DNA of 64,000 bases, from positions 4,156,001 through 4,220,000 of the forward strand of contig CM052818.1 in assembly GCA_028534125.1 (NCBI GenBank), in the 5' to 3' direction. Position 1 is the first letter of the stretch, and every line of letters begins with the position of its first letter. Source of the stretch: Lama glama. Taxonomy: Eukaryota. This document shows positions 39,696-52,248 of this stretch, one piece after another. The notes under the pieces were generated by a model, which worked only from the letters and a program-made list of their open reading frames with translations, searched no databases and was not told where the DNA came from. Made by a program: the position numbers and the translations under genes.

Positions 39696-40515
39696 GTATA
39701 AGTCATAATATGCTTCTCTTACTCTACAATCTGATAAAAAGCTTCTATTAAAAATTGAGACAGCAGCTGCTCACCTGAGTCTGCCGGCTCTCCCCTTGAA
39801 AGTGTACTATTCCTTAATAAATCTCACTTTGCTTTTTTGATAAAAAAACTGAGGCAATTAGATTATGGATAGAGGATACCAATAAATTATTAATTAGTTT
39901 CATTTAGGTGTGATCAGGCTATGTGGTTAGAAAATAAAATGTCCATATTTCTAAAGATGTATGGTTAAGTATGCAGAATAAAATTACATAGCATCTGGGA
40001 TTTGCTCTAAAATATTTTAGCAATGGAAAGAAAAGAAAAAAAAAGGAAGGGATCGATAAAGCAAATGTGAAAAAAACCTTGATAATGTTGCATTTCAGTA
40101 ATGGATATACATGGTGGTTCATTACACTTATTCTCCATGTTGGTGTTTGAAATATATGTATAATAAAAAAATATATTTTTCAGAATTCTACTTGGCTTTA
40201 AAAAATAAGTTCTATTAGGGCTTAATTTTTTTTCACACATCAGCTCTTGCCCTGAACTTCAACTTGCTCATTTTCCCAGGCCTGCATTTCCAGACCTGTT
40301 AGTTATTCCTCTGAGCCCAGCGGAATGATGTTCCACAGATGCTCTACCACACACGTACACAGTCCCTCCCGGACAGAGCCTGCCCCTCCATTTCCCCAGC
40401 GCTGTCACTTTATCAGTTAATGAAGGGGAGGAACTGGGGGACTCCTGACACTTCCAGTTACGGATAATATTTCCTGTAAAGTCAGCTTTTACTCCAACTG
40501 TTAGTGGTGGTGATG

Positions 40516-40518
<3 letters not shown>

Positions 40519-40556
<38 letters not shown>
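40519..40556. repeat. (TG)n microsatellite, about 19 units
   Basis: Pure TG run. Confidence 0.95.
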
Positions 40557-40561
<5 letters not shown>

Positions 40562-41289
40562 ACATGTCCAGACAATATAGTCCCCCAGGGGAGGAAAAGG
40601 AGCAGTGGACAGCCCCATTTTGAAAAAACAGCTGCTGCTAGGAAGGCAAAGAGGCTTCATCTTGTGTGGCAATTCTTTCTGACCGGAAATAATGTATGGC
40701 TGAAGCCTAGTTCAAGCTCAATGGAAAGAACAGAGTGACAGATGATCAACGTTTACGACGATAAAAGTTGGAGGAAGTGCTAGTCTGTGGTCTGCTGGAC
40801 GCCTGTAGATGGCCGGCACTTGATGGTAGCCCCCCAGCCCTGCATTACGTAGGCAGGCAGACAGGCGGCCTGGAGCAGTGGAAGCTGTATCTGCATGGGC
40901 ATCAAGAGATGGGTCAAATTCCAGCTCAGACACAAACCAGCTGTATAATCCTCTTGGCCTTTCTAAGCCTTCATTTCCTCATTTGTAAAATTAAAGAATG
41001 GAAATAAATCATCTTGAATGCATTTCCAACACTAAGTTCTTTTGATAGACTTATTAAACATCTTTCAGCCAACCACTTGTGTGTTATCCTGTTGGGGTGT
41101 GACACATCTAACTTAATTTGCCAGCTCAAGTGGGACTTCAGTTCTATACCAAGACCACAGGTCTCTAGTGATGTGTTTATTTAACTGATAAAGAAAAATG
41201 AATTTGGCAAAAGACGTAATCAGGGTGCTTTTAATCAAACACGGATGGTTTGGCACACCCTGGTTAGACGGTGAGTTCAATATTAGGCT

Positions 41290-41626
41290 AGAGAAGATCC
41301 CCTGAGAAGTCCCAGATAATACGGGGTTGGAGGTGTTGCCGGAGAATAGGTTCTTGTCTCTTGCAGAGGGGCAAGGATTTTCAGGAACTGGGCCCTGCTC
41401 ACTTTTTGGCCTTTTATGGTCAGCCTGGGAACAGTCATGGCCCCTGTGGGTGTGTCGTTTAGCAAGCTGATGTGTTACAATGAGCCTATCAAGAGGCTCA
41501 AGGTCTACTGGAAGTCGAATCTTCCACCATCTTGGGCGGGGTCGGTTCTAACTAGTTACGTCCTATCCTCAATTACTATGTCATTCTTTGAATGGTTGCA
41601 CCCTGCGCCCCTTCCCTCCCATCTCG
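41290..41626 (-). mobile_element. LTR fragment (ERV1-like)
   Basis: ttttggccttttatggtcagcctgggaacagtcatggc...tggaagtcgaatcttccaccatcttgg, typical of artiodactyl ERV LTRs. Confidence 0.55.
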
Positions 41627-43544
41627 GAGGTAGGCAAAAGCCACTGTGATTCTTACTCAGGGTTGACAGTTCAACTGGCTGCATGGTCGATTTATTCTGA
41701 GTGATACCTTAGCTCCCAGACATGACAGACCCATCATCTTTCTGGATGTATCTCTCTAACTCTAAACCAGGCTTTATATATCAACATCTGCAAACACATC
41801 CATGCCCTTTTGACCAAGAAGCCTTCTACTAATTTAGTTAAGGAGATAATAAGATATGTATCTTAAGTTTATTTACAAGGATATTCACTGCAGCATATTG
41901 CTTCAAAAATAGAAACAAATAAATGTCCAACAACATGGAATTGGTTGAACGAAGTATGGTATGCCCATAAAGTCAAAACTTACGTAGCCTTGAAGATGTT
42001 GCTTTACTGGGTTTCAAGTACATGGTGAAACACTGAATTTATGTATTTAGGTTAAAAATTGTTTATTCTAAAATCATATATACAGGGTGACTCCATTTTG
42101 TTTTAAAAAAAAAAAGTGCACATGCATATGTATCCACACATATTCCAGCATAGGAAAATCATGTGTGGTGTTGCAAAGAAAAATATGTCAAAATTCACGC
42201 CAGACTGGTGTAGGGTTATAGGTCATTCTCCTGAGAGGTGGGATTCTGGGTAATTTTTATGTCTTCGACCTGCTTTTTCTCATAAAGAAAACAGAAGTTG
42301 TTTGTAAAAGCTCTATGTCAGCTTTTTCTTCAAGGATCTGCAGGCTGAGTCTCCCAATTTAAAGTTTTTAAGACTTAAGTCAATCAAGAAAGAAATGACA
42401 GAGGGGAACCTGCTAGGATCAATGTAAGGAAGAATTTCCATAATCTACACCCGAGTGAATTCCAGAAGTTTTGAAATCGAGCATTTCCAAAGCTAGCTAT
42501 GTCATCTTGGGCAAATCGCCCTTCCCTATCTGTTGGGATTATAGTGGTCTTTATGAAACATAAAGCAGGTACAGGTAATATTACTGTCATTAACAAGAAT
42601 AACTTCAGCAGGTCTTAGTTTCTACATACATAAAATAAGGTGGTTGAACAAGATGCATGCTGAGGTCCTTCTCAGCCCCCAAATTTTTCTACTCTCTGTA
42701 GACGGACAGTTTCTACTAATGCAAGAGGTATGCATAGGTATACAATTAGAGTAAAGGGGAGCAGAAATGAGGGACTTATTATTTGGGAAACAAAATGAGA
42801 GAGCAAGTGCTCAGGGAAGTGGGAGGGGGGGATCACTATGGTTTGGAGCTATCAGCCAAGACATCACAGAAACCATAGAACCTGAACGAGCCCTTTGGGG
42901 TGAAGAAGAGGCAGACAGAGGAGAGAGAGGAGGCAGCGGGAATGCCTGAGGGAGCCTGAGAAGGAAGGAGCCCCTGGAATTCTGGTTGGTTTAATCCCAT
43001 GATCTAACAGCCCCATTTCCAAATTTCCATGGACATGATCAAAGAATTACTCTAGTAATAATAAGAGGAAATGTAAAATGAAATCGAAAGTAAAGAAGGA
43101 TGCTATGTACATGCTATTTGTGGGGCGGAGGATTTCTATAAGCTGAAGGCTGCTCAGGGCTAAACTGAGAGTAGAGCCGACCAACCCTCAGTTCCGTGTG
43201 TGTGGAGAAGCAGTCGTCCATGGTGGGAGATTGAAACCCAAAAGAACCTGGACCAACTCCTACAGAGGAACAGCAGCACTGGGGATCGTGGGGGGACAGA
43301 GGGAGGCGCCCAGAGTGCTCCCAGGACAGAGGCCTGGCTGGGCACCACCTCCACCCTTCTCCAGGGGCTGGAAGTCCCACGGGAAGGTCAGTCAGGGTCC
43401 AGTCTTGCTGGCTCCTAACCTGGGCCACCAAACCAATGAGAGCAGGGGGCACTTCCCCAGCTGACCTGGGGCTGCCCTGAGGAGAAAAAAAGAGACTCCC
43501 CATAACAGAAGGGGAGCTGTGCTCCATAAATTGAATGCTTCTTT

Positions 43545-44025
43545 AAAAGTTAGGTGTAAGCTCACTGTGCCACCCAGCAACCCCAGTTCTAGGAATGTAC
43601 TCCTGGGAAACGAAAGCATATGTCCACAGATTTTTGTAAGCAAGCATTCCCAGCAGCGTTCTTCATAATGGTCAAACTGGAAACGATCCAGAGTCCATCA
43701 GCCGCTGGATGGATGGACACAATGCGGCAAAGCCGTACAACATAACACTGCCCCCAAATAAGAAGGAACGGAGTGCTGATGCTGCAAAATGGTGACCCTG
43801 AAGGACGTTACACTAAGTGAAAGACGCTGAATGCAAAAGACAGCCTATTGCAAATCCATTTATAAGAAATACCCAGAAAGGGCAACATAACAGAGACAGA
43901 AAGCAGATCAGCGGTTGCTTGGAGCTGAGGATGAGGACAGGGGTTGACTGCAAATGGGCAGAAGGGAACTTTCTGGAAAGATGAAATTGTCCTAAAACCG
44001 AATGGTGTTGATTGCTGTGCAAGGA
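43545..44025 (+). mobile_element. Old L1M 3' region fragment
   Basis: cccagcaaccccagttctagg...aagcagatcagcggttgc...gaactttctgg, typical degenerate L1M 3' motifs. Confidence 0.65.
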
Positions 44026-45070
44026 ACAAATCCTAACTCATCTTATAAAGATCATTTTAAATAGATCATAAACTCCACAAAGTTAGAGATTTTCCTGTTT
44101 TGTCACTTGGGTAGCTCAAGTGTCTAGAATACTCCAAAAATGTCAAGGATACTTCCATATTAGGAAAACTATTAGATGGTTTATTACAGCAATGGGTGAA
44201 AGAATTGAAAAGCCATACGTTTTCAAAAGATTCACGTTTGATAAGTTTCAGTATCAATTTATATCACAAAATTAATTATCAAGGACAGACTACTTTCTTA
44301 GGTGGTGAAGAATGTCTGTTTCAAACCAAAGGGCGGAAACTGAGAAAATGCTCTATGGTGCTGAAAATTCAACTACTGAAAACTTCAAGAAAGAAGTTCT
44401 TAGGAGCAAGGTCAAGTGTTTGGTGTTCTCACTGTGTAAAGAAAAGTGATGGAGTACGGGTGAGACGCTGCAAAAAAAAAAACCCAGAAAATGATGCGGC
44501 AGAAAATTTCTGACACTTCCACTGTGTGATAAAATTGAGGCTGAGGAACGTGTGAGAATTTCCATTGCTGTGACATTTTGCAATTCTGCGAAACATATTT
44601 TGAGGGCTGACAGAAGAAAACATTCCAAAATTCATGAAACAATTGGAAATGCAAAATGAGCTGGGGACTTTCCATCCCTGCAGGACATTTTTACTAATGT
44701 AGTGAAATGAAAACCTAAGAAGTATTTGGCCTTGGGGTTCCCTTCAGAGGTTGATTTTGGAGATCTGAAGTGTGTTCTTATGGCTGGGTTTGTGATGTAT
44801 GTAGCATATTAGAATGTATTATGATATTCAGATACACCACCCGAACAGTATAAAAAAATTTGCTGCCTGTATTTTTCTCACCCAGCAAATATTCCTTGAG
44901 TGCTTCTTACATGGATAAAACTGAATTTTACATTCCCATTGCATAATGTGACTTATCAACTCCTTTCCGTATGTGTGAGCCTGAGGTTTGGTGAATGCAA
45001 ATCATAAACAAAAGTTTGATGAACATCTGTCTTCCATGAATCTATGATCCATAAAAAAAGAACATAATTA

Positions 45071-45208
45071 GGGGAGGGTATAGCTCAAGCGGTAGAGTGC
45101 ATGCTTAGCATGGACGAGGTCCTGGGTTCGATCCCCAGTGCTTCCTCCAAATATAAATTAAAAAACCTAATTACCTTCCTCTCATCAAAAAAAAAAAAAA
45201 AAGATTAG
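45071..45208 (+). mobile_element. tRNA-derived camelid SINE with poly(A) tail and perfect 18-bp TSD
   Basis: A/B boxes and an A-tail; TSD aaaaaagaacataattag at 45054-45071 and 45209-45226. Confidence 0.9.
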
Positions 45209-46999
45209 AAAAAAGAACATAATTAGTTTTACATCTGGAGCTACAGCTTAGAATGAAATACATCATTTTATCTCATATTGGGATCGCATCTTTGCTGGCA
45301 AGAAAAAATACTATTCCTTTCTACTTATTCATAAGGAAAAAGTATAAACATAAGATCAAAATAAATTTTGAAATACCAAAAATTAAAAATTAAAATAAAA
45401 TTCATGAAACATACATCAATAGGGAAAAAAAAGTCTTGCTCCGAGCTACTGATGGGGGAAATCACTGAGATTTTATTTTTTCATTAAATAGTCTTATTTA
45501 CCACATTTCTATTCATTTCAGGCTACTGCTTCATGGTACTCGAGTGAGGCTTTGCAGAAGGCAACATTTCCCCTGTGACTCTGCCACTGACATCCAGCAG
45601 GTCTGTTTGCTCTTCAAAGCTGTCAAACTTTATCAGCTGTCTGAAAAAAATGCTCTAGGGGGTTTTCCTATTATCGCCCAAGGTCGTCGCAAAAATGTTA
45701 GGATTTCTTTTGGAAGCATCTGTGAGCAGCGCGGTGCCTCTGTCTGAAGGGGGCTGTCTCAGCGGGCGGACACAGACCTCTGCCTGACACCTCTCTTTGT
45801 GGCCGGCCACCCCCGGCAGCCTCTGCACGGAGTCTCCTGTTGCCCATAGAAGAATGAGAAGAATCATTTGTCTTTCCTGGGTCTTTATCCATCTGCTTGC
45901 TCTGAGCCGATGGCTGCTGAAGGACAAACGAAGGCTTGAAGTCGTCGGTGCAGAAGTTGAAGCAGCAGGAAGCACAGACGGACAAACAGGATGGGGAAGA
46001 AGGGGAACTAAGCGTGGGCGACTTGGTGACCGACACCCTGACATGTAGGATTCGCTCCCGGTTCCGAGTCCCTGTGGTCTGGCACATCTTACATCATAAA
46101 AGACCTTTCTAAGGTGAAAAATCACTAATAATATTTGTGTTGGGCTTTATCCAAAGTAAATAATTTCCCTAAACTCAACATATGCACTAAATGGAGATAA
46201 AATCACTGACAATGAACAAGCATGGGCCACACTCAGAAAAGAAACAGTAAACATTTTAATATGGAATTTAAAAATTGGAAGACAGGATTTACTGCATATG
46301 CTCAAGAACTGATCGTATATATATTTTTTTCTCCTTCAAATCTTTCACACCACCCTTCCCCTCTCCTTCACTTTTCTGGCATGTCTTTAATTGCAATGAC
46401 TGTGAAACGGGAGGGCTTCAAATCAGACCTAAGAGAAGTGGGAGGAAGTCATACCCAGACTGAAGAACAGCCCCGGGAAACGTCTGTTTCTTTTTATATA
46501 TGGGAAGATGTTTCAAAGTGCAAATGGATAAACATCGCTAATTAATTCACTTGAACGTTAGAAATCCATTGATAAATAGCATGAGTTTTGTCGTATGAGG
46601 GATGGATGTATTTGAGGGGGATGAGTTTCCAGAGCACCACTTCTACTCACAAAATTTTGAGAAAGAGCCTCCACAATGACATTCCAGAGTGTTTGACCAT
46701 AAAAATAGCACTGACCGTTCCAATGTTGCAGCACATTCCCCCTCATGATACAAAATACTTTGGAAAATGTGACTTCCGTGATCTCTGGGAGGAGGCCTGG
46801 AGAGGGAGGGCTGAGGGTTCGGGGTGACACAGGAAATCTGTGTTTGTAAGGCTTCGGTGTGTGGGTGTGTTCGCGTGGGCAGCACTGCAGAGGAAATATG
46901 AAAGACAATGTGTGCGAAGCACGGTGGGCAGGAGCTGAATGGGAGACTCAGAGAGTCTCCAAAACTTACAAAGCATATTTGAGATCCAGGGACTCTCCT

Positions 47000-48270
47000 G
47001 GGTTGCGATTATCAAAAACTACTCTTACACCAAAAGCACAGTCTATAAGGGAAGAAACTGATACTAGTTTTTGTCAAAATTAAACCTTTTTGCTCTTTGA
47101 AAGTCACTCAGAGAATGAAAAGCAAGCCACAGATTGGAAGAAAATCATTGAAAATCACTATCTGACAAAGGAATTGTACCCAGACCATAAAAAAAAAAAC
47201 TCTGAAAACTCAGCTACAAATAGACAAACAAATCAATTTTTTTTAAATGGGCAAAATACTGAACAGCAACTTCGCCAAGTGAATAGATGCCAAACATCAT
47301 CAACCCTTGGGAAAACGTACAATAAAACCACAATGAGGTACCTCTACAAACATATTAGAAGGACTGAAAGTGAAACTTAAAAGCCAACTGATAGTATCCA
47401 GGACTGGTAAGGATGAGAAGCAACGAGAACTTTAGAACATGGCAGATGGGAATACAAAATGGTGCAGCTACTTTGGAAAACAATTTGGCAGTTTCTTACA
47501 AAGTTAAATGTACCCTTACCCTTGCCTACTCAAAATTTATCCAAGAGAAGTAAGATATTATATTCACACCAAAACCTGTAAGCACATATTTAGAGCAGCT
47601 GATTCATGATCTCCCAAAATCAGAAGCAGCTCCAGTCTCTTTCGACTGATGAATGGCTAATCCATACAATGGAATACTACTCAGCAAAAAAAAGGACATA
47701 ACTGTTGACACAGACAGTAACAAGGATGAATCTCAAATGTATTCTGCTGCATAAAATAAATCAGACTCCAACCCGACAGGTTTCATACTGTACAATTCCA
47801 TTTATATGACACTTTGGAATAAGCAAAACTGTACGGACAGAGAACAGATGAGGGGTTGCCCAGGGTTAGGGTTGGCAAAGACAGTTTGACAAAAACAGAC
47901 GATGATGAAGTAGATAAACAAGTTTATACTGTATAGCACAGGGAACTATACCCGTTATCTTGTAGTAGCTTATGGTGAAAAAGAACATGAAAATGAATAT
48001 ATGTATATTCACGTAGGATGGAAGCACTGTGCTGTACACCAGAAAATGACACAACATTGTAAACTGACTGTATCTCAATAAAAATCAACAAATAGATAAA
48101 TAAAAGAAATTGGAAGCCCCGCCATACGTCAAAAAAAAGAATCCCACTTTGGTGGAGACGTTGATAATGGGATAGGCCATGCATGAGTAGGGGCATGGAG
48201 TATATGGGAAATTTACTCAGTTTTGCTGTGAACCCAAAGCTGCTCTTAAACATAAAACTCCAAAAAAAAA
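47000..48270 (+). mobile_element. Old L1M fragment with a younger L1 3' end nested at about 47910-48100
   Basis: Degenerate ORF2/3'UTR motifs (aagccacagattggaagaaaat, tacaatggaatactactcagc) plus a young 3'UTR piece. Confidence 0.75.
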
Positions 48271-49156
48271 AAAAAAACATGATGATGGACTTGTTGTCTA
48301 TCTTGAGTGTTGTGGTTATCACGTGAGTCTCAGCATTTGCCAGAACTCATATAACTGCAGGCCAAAGCAAATACATTTTACTAGATGCCAATTTCAAAAT
48401 AATTTTTTCATCTGCTCACATGTGTTGCACGTTTGTTACACAGAACCATCTGACATCCTCACTTCCTCCTGACCTTCAGAATTTTCCATAGCTAATGTTA
48501 AGTTCTGAATGGAAATAAAAGTGACTTCTGCCATCCCACAGTGATTTGGGTGAGGTGAGTGCCCTCAGAAAACATGGGAATGTAAGGAAGATGAAAACAC
48601 CTAGCTAAATCACCCCCGATGGCAGGGGACCAGGGTCCCAGAGTGGGCGGTGGTGCCCCTTCCAAAGCCGGTCTTCCTCATGGCACGCCGTCCGCAGCAA
48701 CAGGCCCACACACCTATGAAAAAAGTCTGGCCATGATCCCCACCCAGATGATTCAGTTTGGAGTCCCAGACTAATAAGGGGATGTCGCCAGGGTGTTTCC
48801 TTCCATCAGCACAACGTCCTCCTTCCGATGGTACTGGGTTTTTAGTACAAGGGAGAGGGCAATGACAGGCAAGCTGATGGGGTTAGAGACCCCGAAAAGG
48901 AGTTGTCTTGTGGAAAATAGAAGAAAGCCAACTGGGTGGTGTCCAGGAGACCTAATTACCCCGGCCTGATTCTGCTGCTAGCTTGCTGTGCTCATATTTG
49001 AGCAATTTACATAATGCATCCATGTTTTCTCATTGTCTTAGTCGAATGGGGGGAGCTGCAAAAAACAGATTCGGGATCAAGCTGGTTTAATATATGTAGA
49101 AAACAGATAGATAGATAGACAGACACATAGACAGATAGACCAATAGGTACGTCAAT

Positions 49157-49350
49157 CAATGGTTCTTAACCCTTCGGGGATATTCACAAATATCTAAAGA
49201 TATTTCGGTTGTTACAGCAAGGAGGGCTGCTATGGCCCTGAGGTGGAGGAGTCCAGGGTCATGGCTAAATGCCCTACGGTGCACAGGGCAGCACCCACAG
49301 CACAGTTTTCTGGCCCCAAACTGCAATTGTGCGGAGGCTGAGAAACCCTG
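49157..49350. mobile_element. MER20-like hAT-Charlie relic
   Basis: caatggttcttaac...gctgagaaaccctg termini and internal gcacagggcagcaccc. Confidence 0.7.
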
Positions 49351-49904
49351 CTATAAATATAGACACACACGTACCTATATAAAAATAATGTGCATATGTG
49401 CATGAGTGTGTAACTCTTAAGGCTAACATGTTATTTCAAAAAACTAAGGAAATCTGGGGGAAAATTATCATGGCTCGGGACAATTCGAAATCCAGGTCAA
49501 TTTTACAAGTTTTGAGCTCTTGATGAAGTTCAAGGGCCTCCCTCTTAGTGCCCTACGATTTGCAGGGCTCAGTTCCAGGTGCCCGTTCTCTGTGAACCTC
49601 AGGCTGAGAGAAAACCAGCGAGCTGCAGCTCGAGTCTGCTGTTCACCCTGCCCCAGGCTACTCTGTCCAGGGCAGGCTTTCAGAGGCCAGGCCTGTGGCC
49701 ACCCATGGAGACGGACCGGAAGCCCTCTGAGGCGGGGAGCTGGGAAAACTGCTCTCAAAGAGGGTCATAAACGTACCTGTAAAATGATGACCATTAAATA
49801 AATGACCATGGGCCCCAAGTCCCTTGGAGGTGGAAATGGCAGGTGTCTCCTCAGAATGGAATTCTCTTCTTCCCTTTTTAGCTTGAAGAGTCTGTGGGGA
49901 TTTT

Positions 49905-50043
49905 TATTTGTTTTTGTTTTGGGGGGTGGGGGGAGGTAACCAGGCTTATTTGCTTATTTTATTTTCAGAGGAGGTACTGGGGATTGAACCCAGGACCCCA
50001 TGCCTGCTAAGCATGTCTCTACCTCTTGAGCTGTGCCCTCCCC
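49905..50043 (-). mobile_element. tRNA-derived camelid SINE
   Basis: gaggtactggggattgaacccaggacc...ttgagctgtgccctcccc, same family as the other copies. Confidence 0.8.
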
Positions 50044-50413
50044 CGAGTTTGCGGCTTTTATACGACTACAGAACAAATGGAACCATAACGTACAGGCTGA
50101 GGTTTGCACTGCTGATTCCATGAACTGTCATGAGTTTTGCGGACTTAGGTCGGTCCTACGTTTTACCCCCTTAGAGCTGGCAGGATGTGCAGGGGAATTC
50201 GGCTCCCTGAACTTGATGATATCAGACCCAAGTGAGATAAGAAAAAGGGCAGTAAATCCTTAACCCGGATGCAGTAAGTGGGGGCCCAAATCAAGCATCT
50301 CCAGCACAAGCTCACGTTATTTTGAAGCTAATGAAATGGCCTCCCCCCACCCTCCCCGGGCACCTGCTCAGCCTTCGGGGAAGCATCAGAGGTCTGGCCG
50401 GGCCCGCTGAGTG

Positions 50414-50432
50414 TGCTGCCCTCTGGTGGCCG
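50414..50432 (-). promoter_or_regulatory. Candidate CTCF site
   Basis: Minus strand CGGCCACCAGAGGGCAGCA fits the core CCASYAGRKGGCRS at every position. Confidence 0.6.
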
Positions 50433-52074
50433 CAGTCAGCTTCCACGCGGTCCTGTGCCTGGCCGGATCCCGGGGGTCAGCAACAAGAAGCAATTCCAGG
50501 AATTTCCCACTTAATCGTCTCCTTGTCACCCTCACATTGTCCCAGGAACACTGGACCAGGAAAAAGCTGTGGACTAAGGGGCCTTGGGGATGTTTTCGCT
50601 CCATTCAGCCTCCTCTGACGCCACCTCTCTATACACGCGCACCCAGAAAACACGTTTGGGCAGGACCCACGACGGGAGCCTTGTGCCCACCCGTTGTGCC
50701 TAATGATCACAGGCTCCTTATTGAGGGTTCCTTTGTGCTTCGAAACATAAAGCAGTGGTTGGCGCCTTTGTACGATGACAGACCCCTTTGAGAATCTGCA
50801 CGTACACATACAGTTTTGCATACAATTTTGGGAGGGTATTGGGCTTCTGGAAGCCATCCCAGGACGAGACACAAAGGGAAGGACACGGAATAAAAGCCTG
50901 ACAAACATGTTCGTTGGCTAACACAGGTATAGCCCTGAGCCACTCTGAAGCCATTTGGGACAGGAAGGAAAAATACCAAGCGTGGGCAAGAGACGAGGAA
51001 GAGGAAATCTACGCCAATTCGAGGATCAGAAGCCCCTGACTGTCCTCCCGGAGGCGCCAAATGCCCGGATGTCTCCTTACGCATATTTATTCATACTGTG
51101 TATCTTTTTTTTTTTTTTAACTTTTTTGCAGTTTAATCTTCAGCACTTTGATGGCAGTGAGAGTACCCTGTGGCTATACCTCCCTTGCAAAATAACACGT
51201 TAATAAGGAGACAAAATACAAAATAAGTTGTCCTTGCTTCACAACAATCCTTTCTAATTGTCTATTTTTATACTGTATCCGGGCTACACCTGGGTACGGA
51301 TGGCTACTTTGGATAAAGAAGACAGCGAGGATCACTTTATGCTATGCACCTTTCATCTTCTCTTTTCGCCCTTAGCACTGGGTCCCTGAGAGTTTCCCGT
51401 TCCCCTCTGGTTTCCATCCAGAGCTGCTGGCAGACCAGCCATGAGGCTTGAGATGGGAGTGAAGAGAAGATGGGATGGGACAAGATCAGCAGCCCCACCT
51501 CACCCACTGAACGTGCAAGTCCTACCTGTCTCTGGGCTCTCACTGGCGATGAGCTTTCCTTAATCCCTTTGGGGACGAAATGGACACTGTGAACAGGTAA
51601 AACACATGGAAAGAGACATGGTCTTCAAATTCAGGAGTCTACAGACTTATTCCAAAAGTAAGCCCTTCTAGGACACCCCAAACCTTTAAAACCTTTAAAA
51701 ATTCCAAGTTGAGAACCAATGATTTGGAAGAGGGGTAGGGACGTTTCAGCTCAAGTACCTGATGCCACCTTCCTGGGATTCCCTGGAGCTCTGGGGTGAT
51801 CCCCTGATGGATGAAACTACCAACACGTGCAAGCGCTGGGGACAGTAAGTTACAGACAGTGAGAACTGGAGGCTGGACAGTGGTGAGGAGGCTCCCAGTA
51901 ACCTGAGCGTGAAATGGAGGTAAGACCCGTTGGAGGACTTCAGAGGCAAGTAGAAGAGAGAGTGGACAGGACTCATGTGCTTTGCTCGGGGGAGGAGGAG
52001 GTCCTGGTCAACAGGTCAAGGTCTGGCTCAACAACGACCCCGGTCCTGGGGCACAAGATGGAAGAACACGAGAG

Positions 52075-52248
52075 TCAACTATATAATTTGTGGCCCCCAG
52101 TACGGCATGAAAATGTGGGGTCCTTGTTCTAAAGTAATTAAGAATTTCAAGATGGCGACAGCAGAGGGTTTAACCAAGTGCAGGACCCTTCTGAGCTGAG
52201 GGCCCTGAGTGGCTGCCCAGGCCACACAGCCATGCAGCCAGCCCTGGG
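52075..52248. mobile_element. MER91-like hAT-Tip100 relic
   Basis: aagaatttcaagatggcgacagcagag...ccatgcagccagccctg. Confidence 0.6.

Noticed and set aside
39119..39706. 185-195 aa ORFs
   Set aside because: Artefacts of the N gap.
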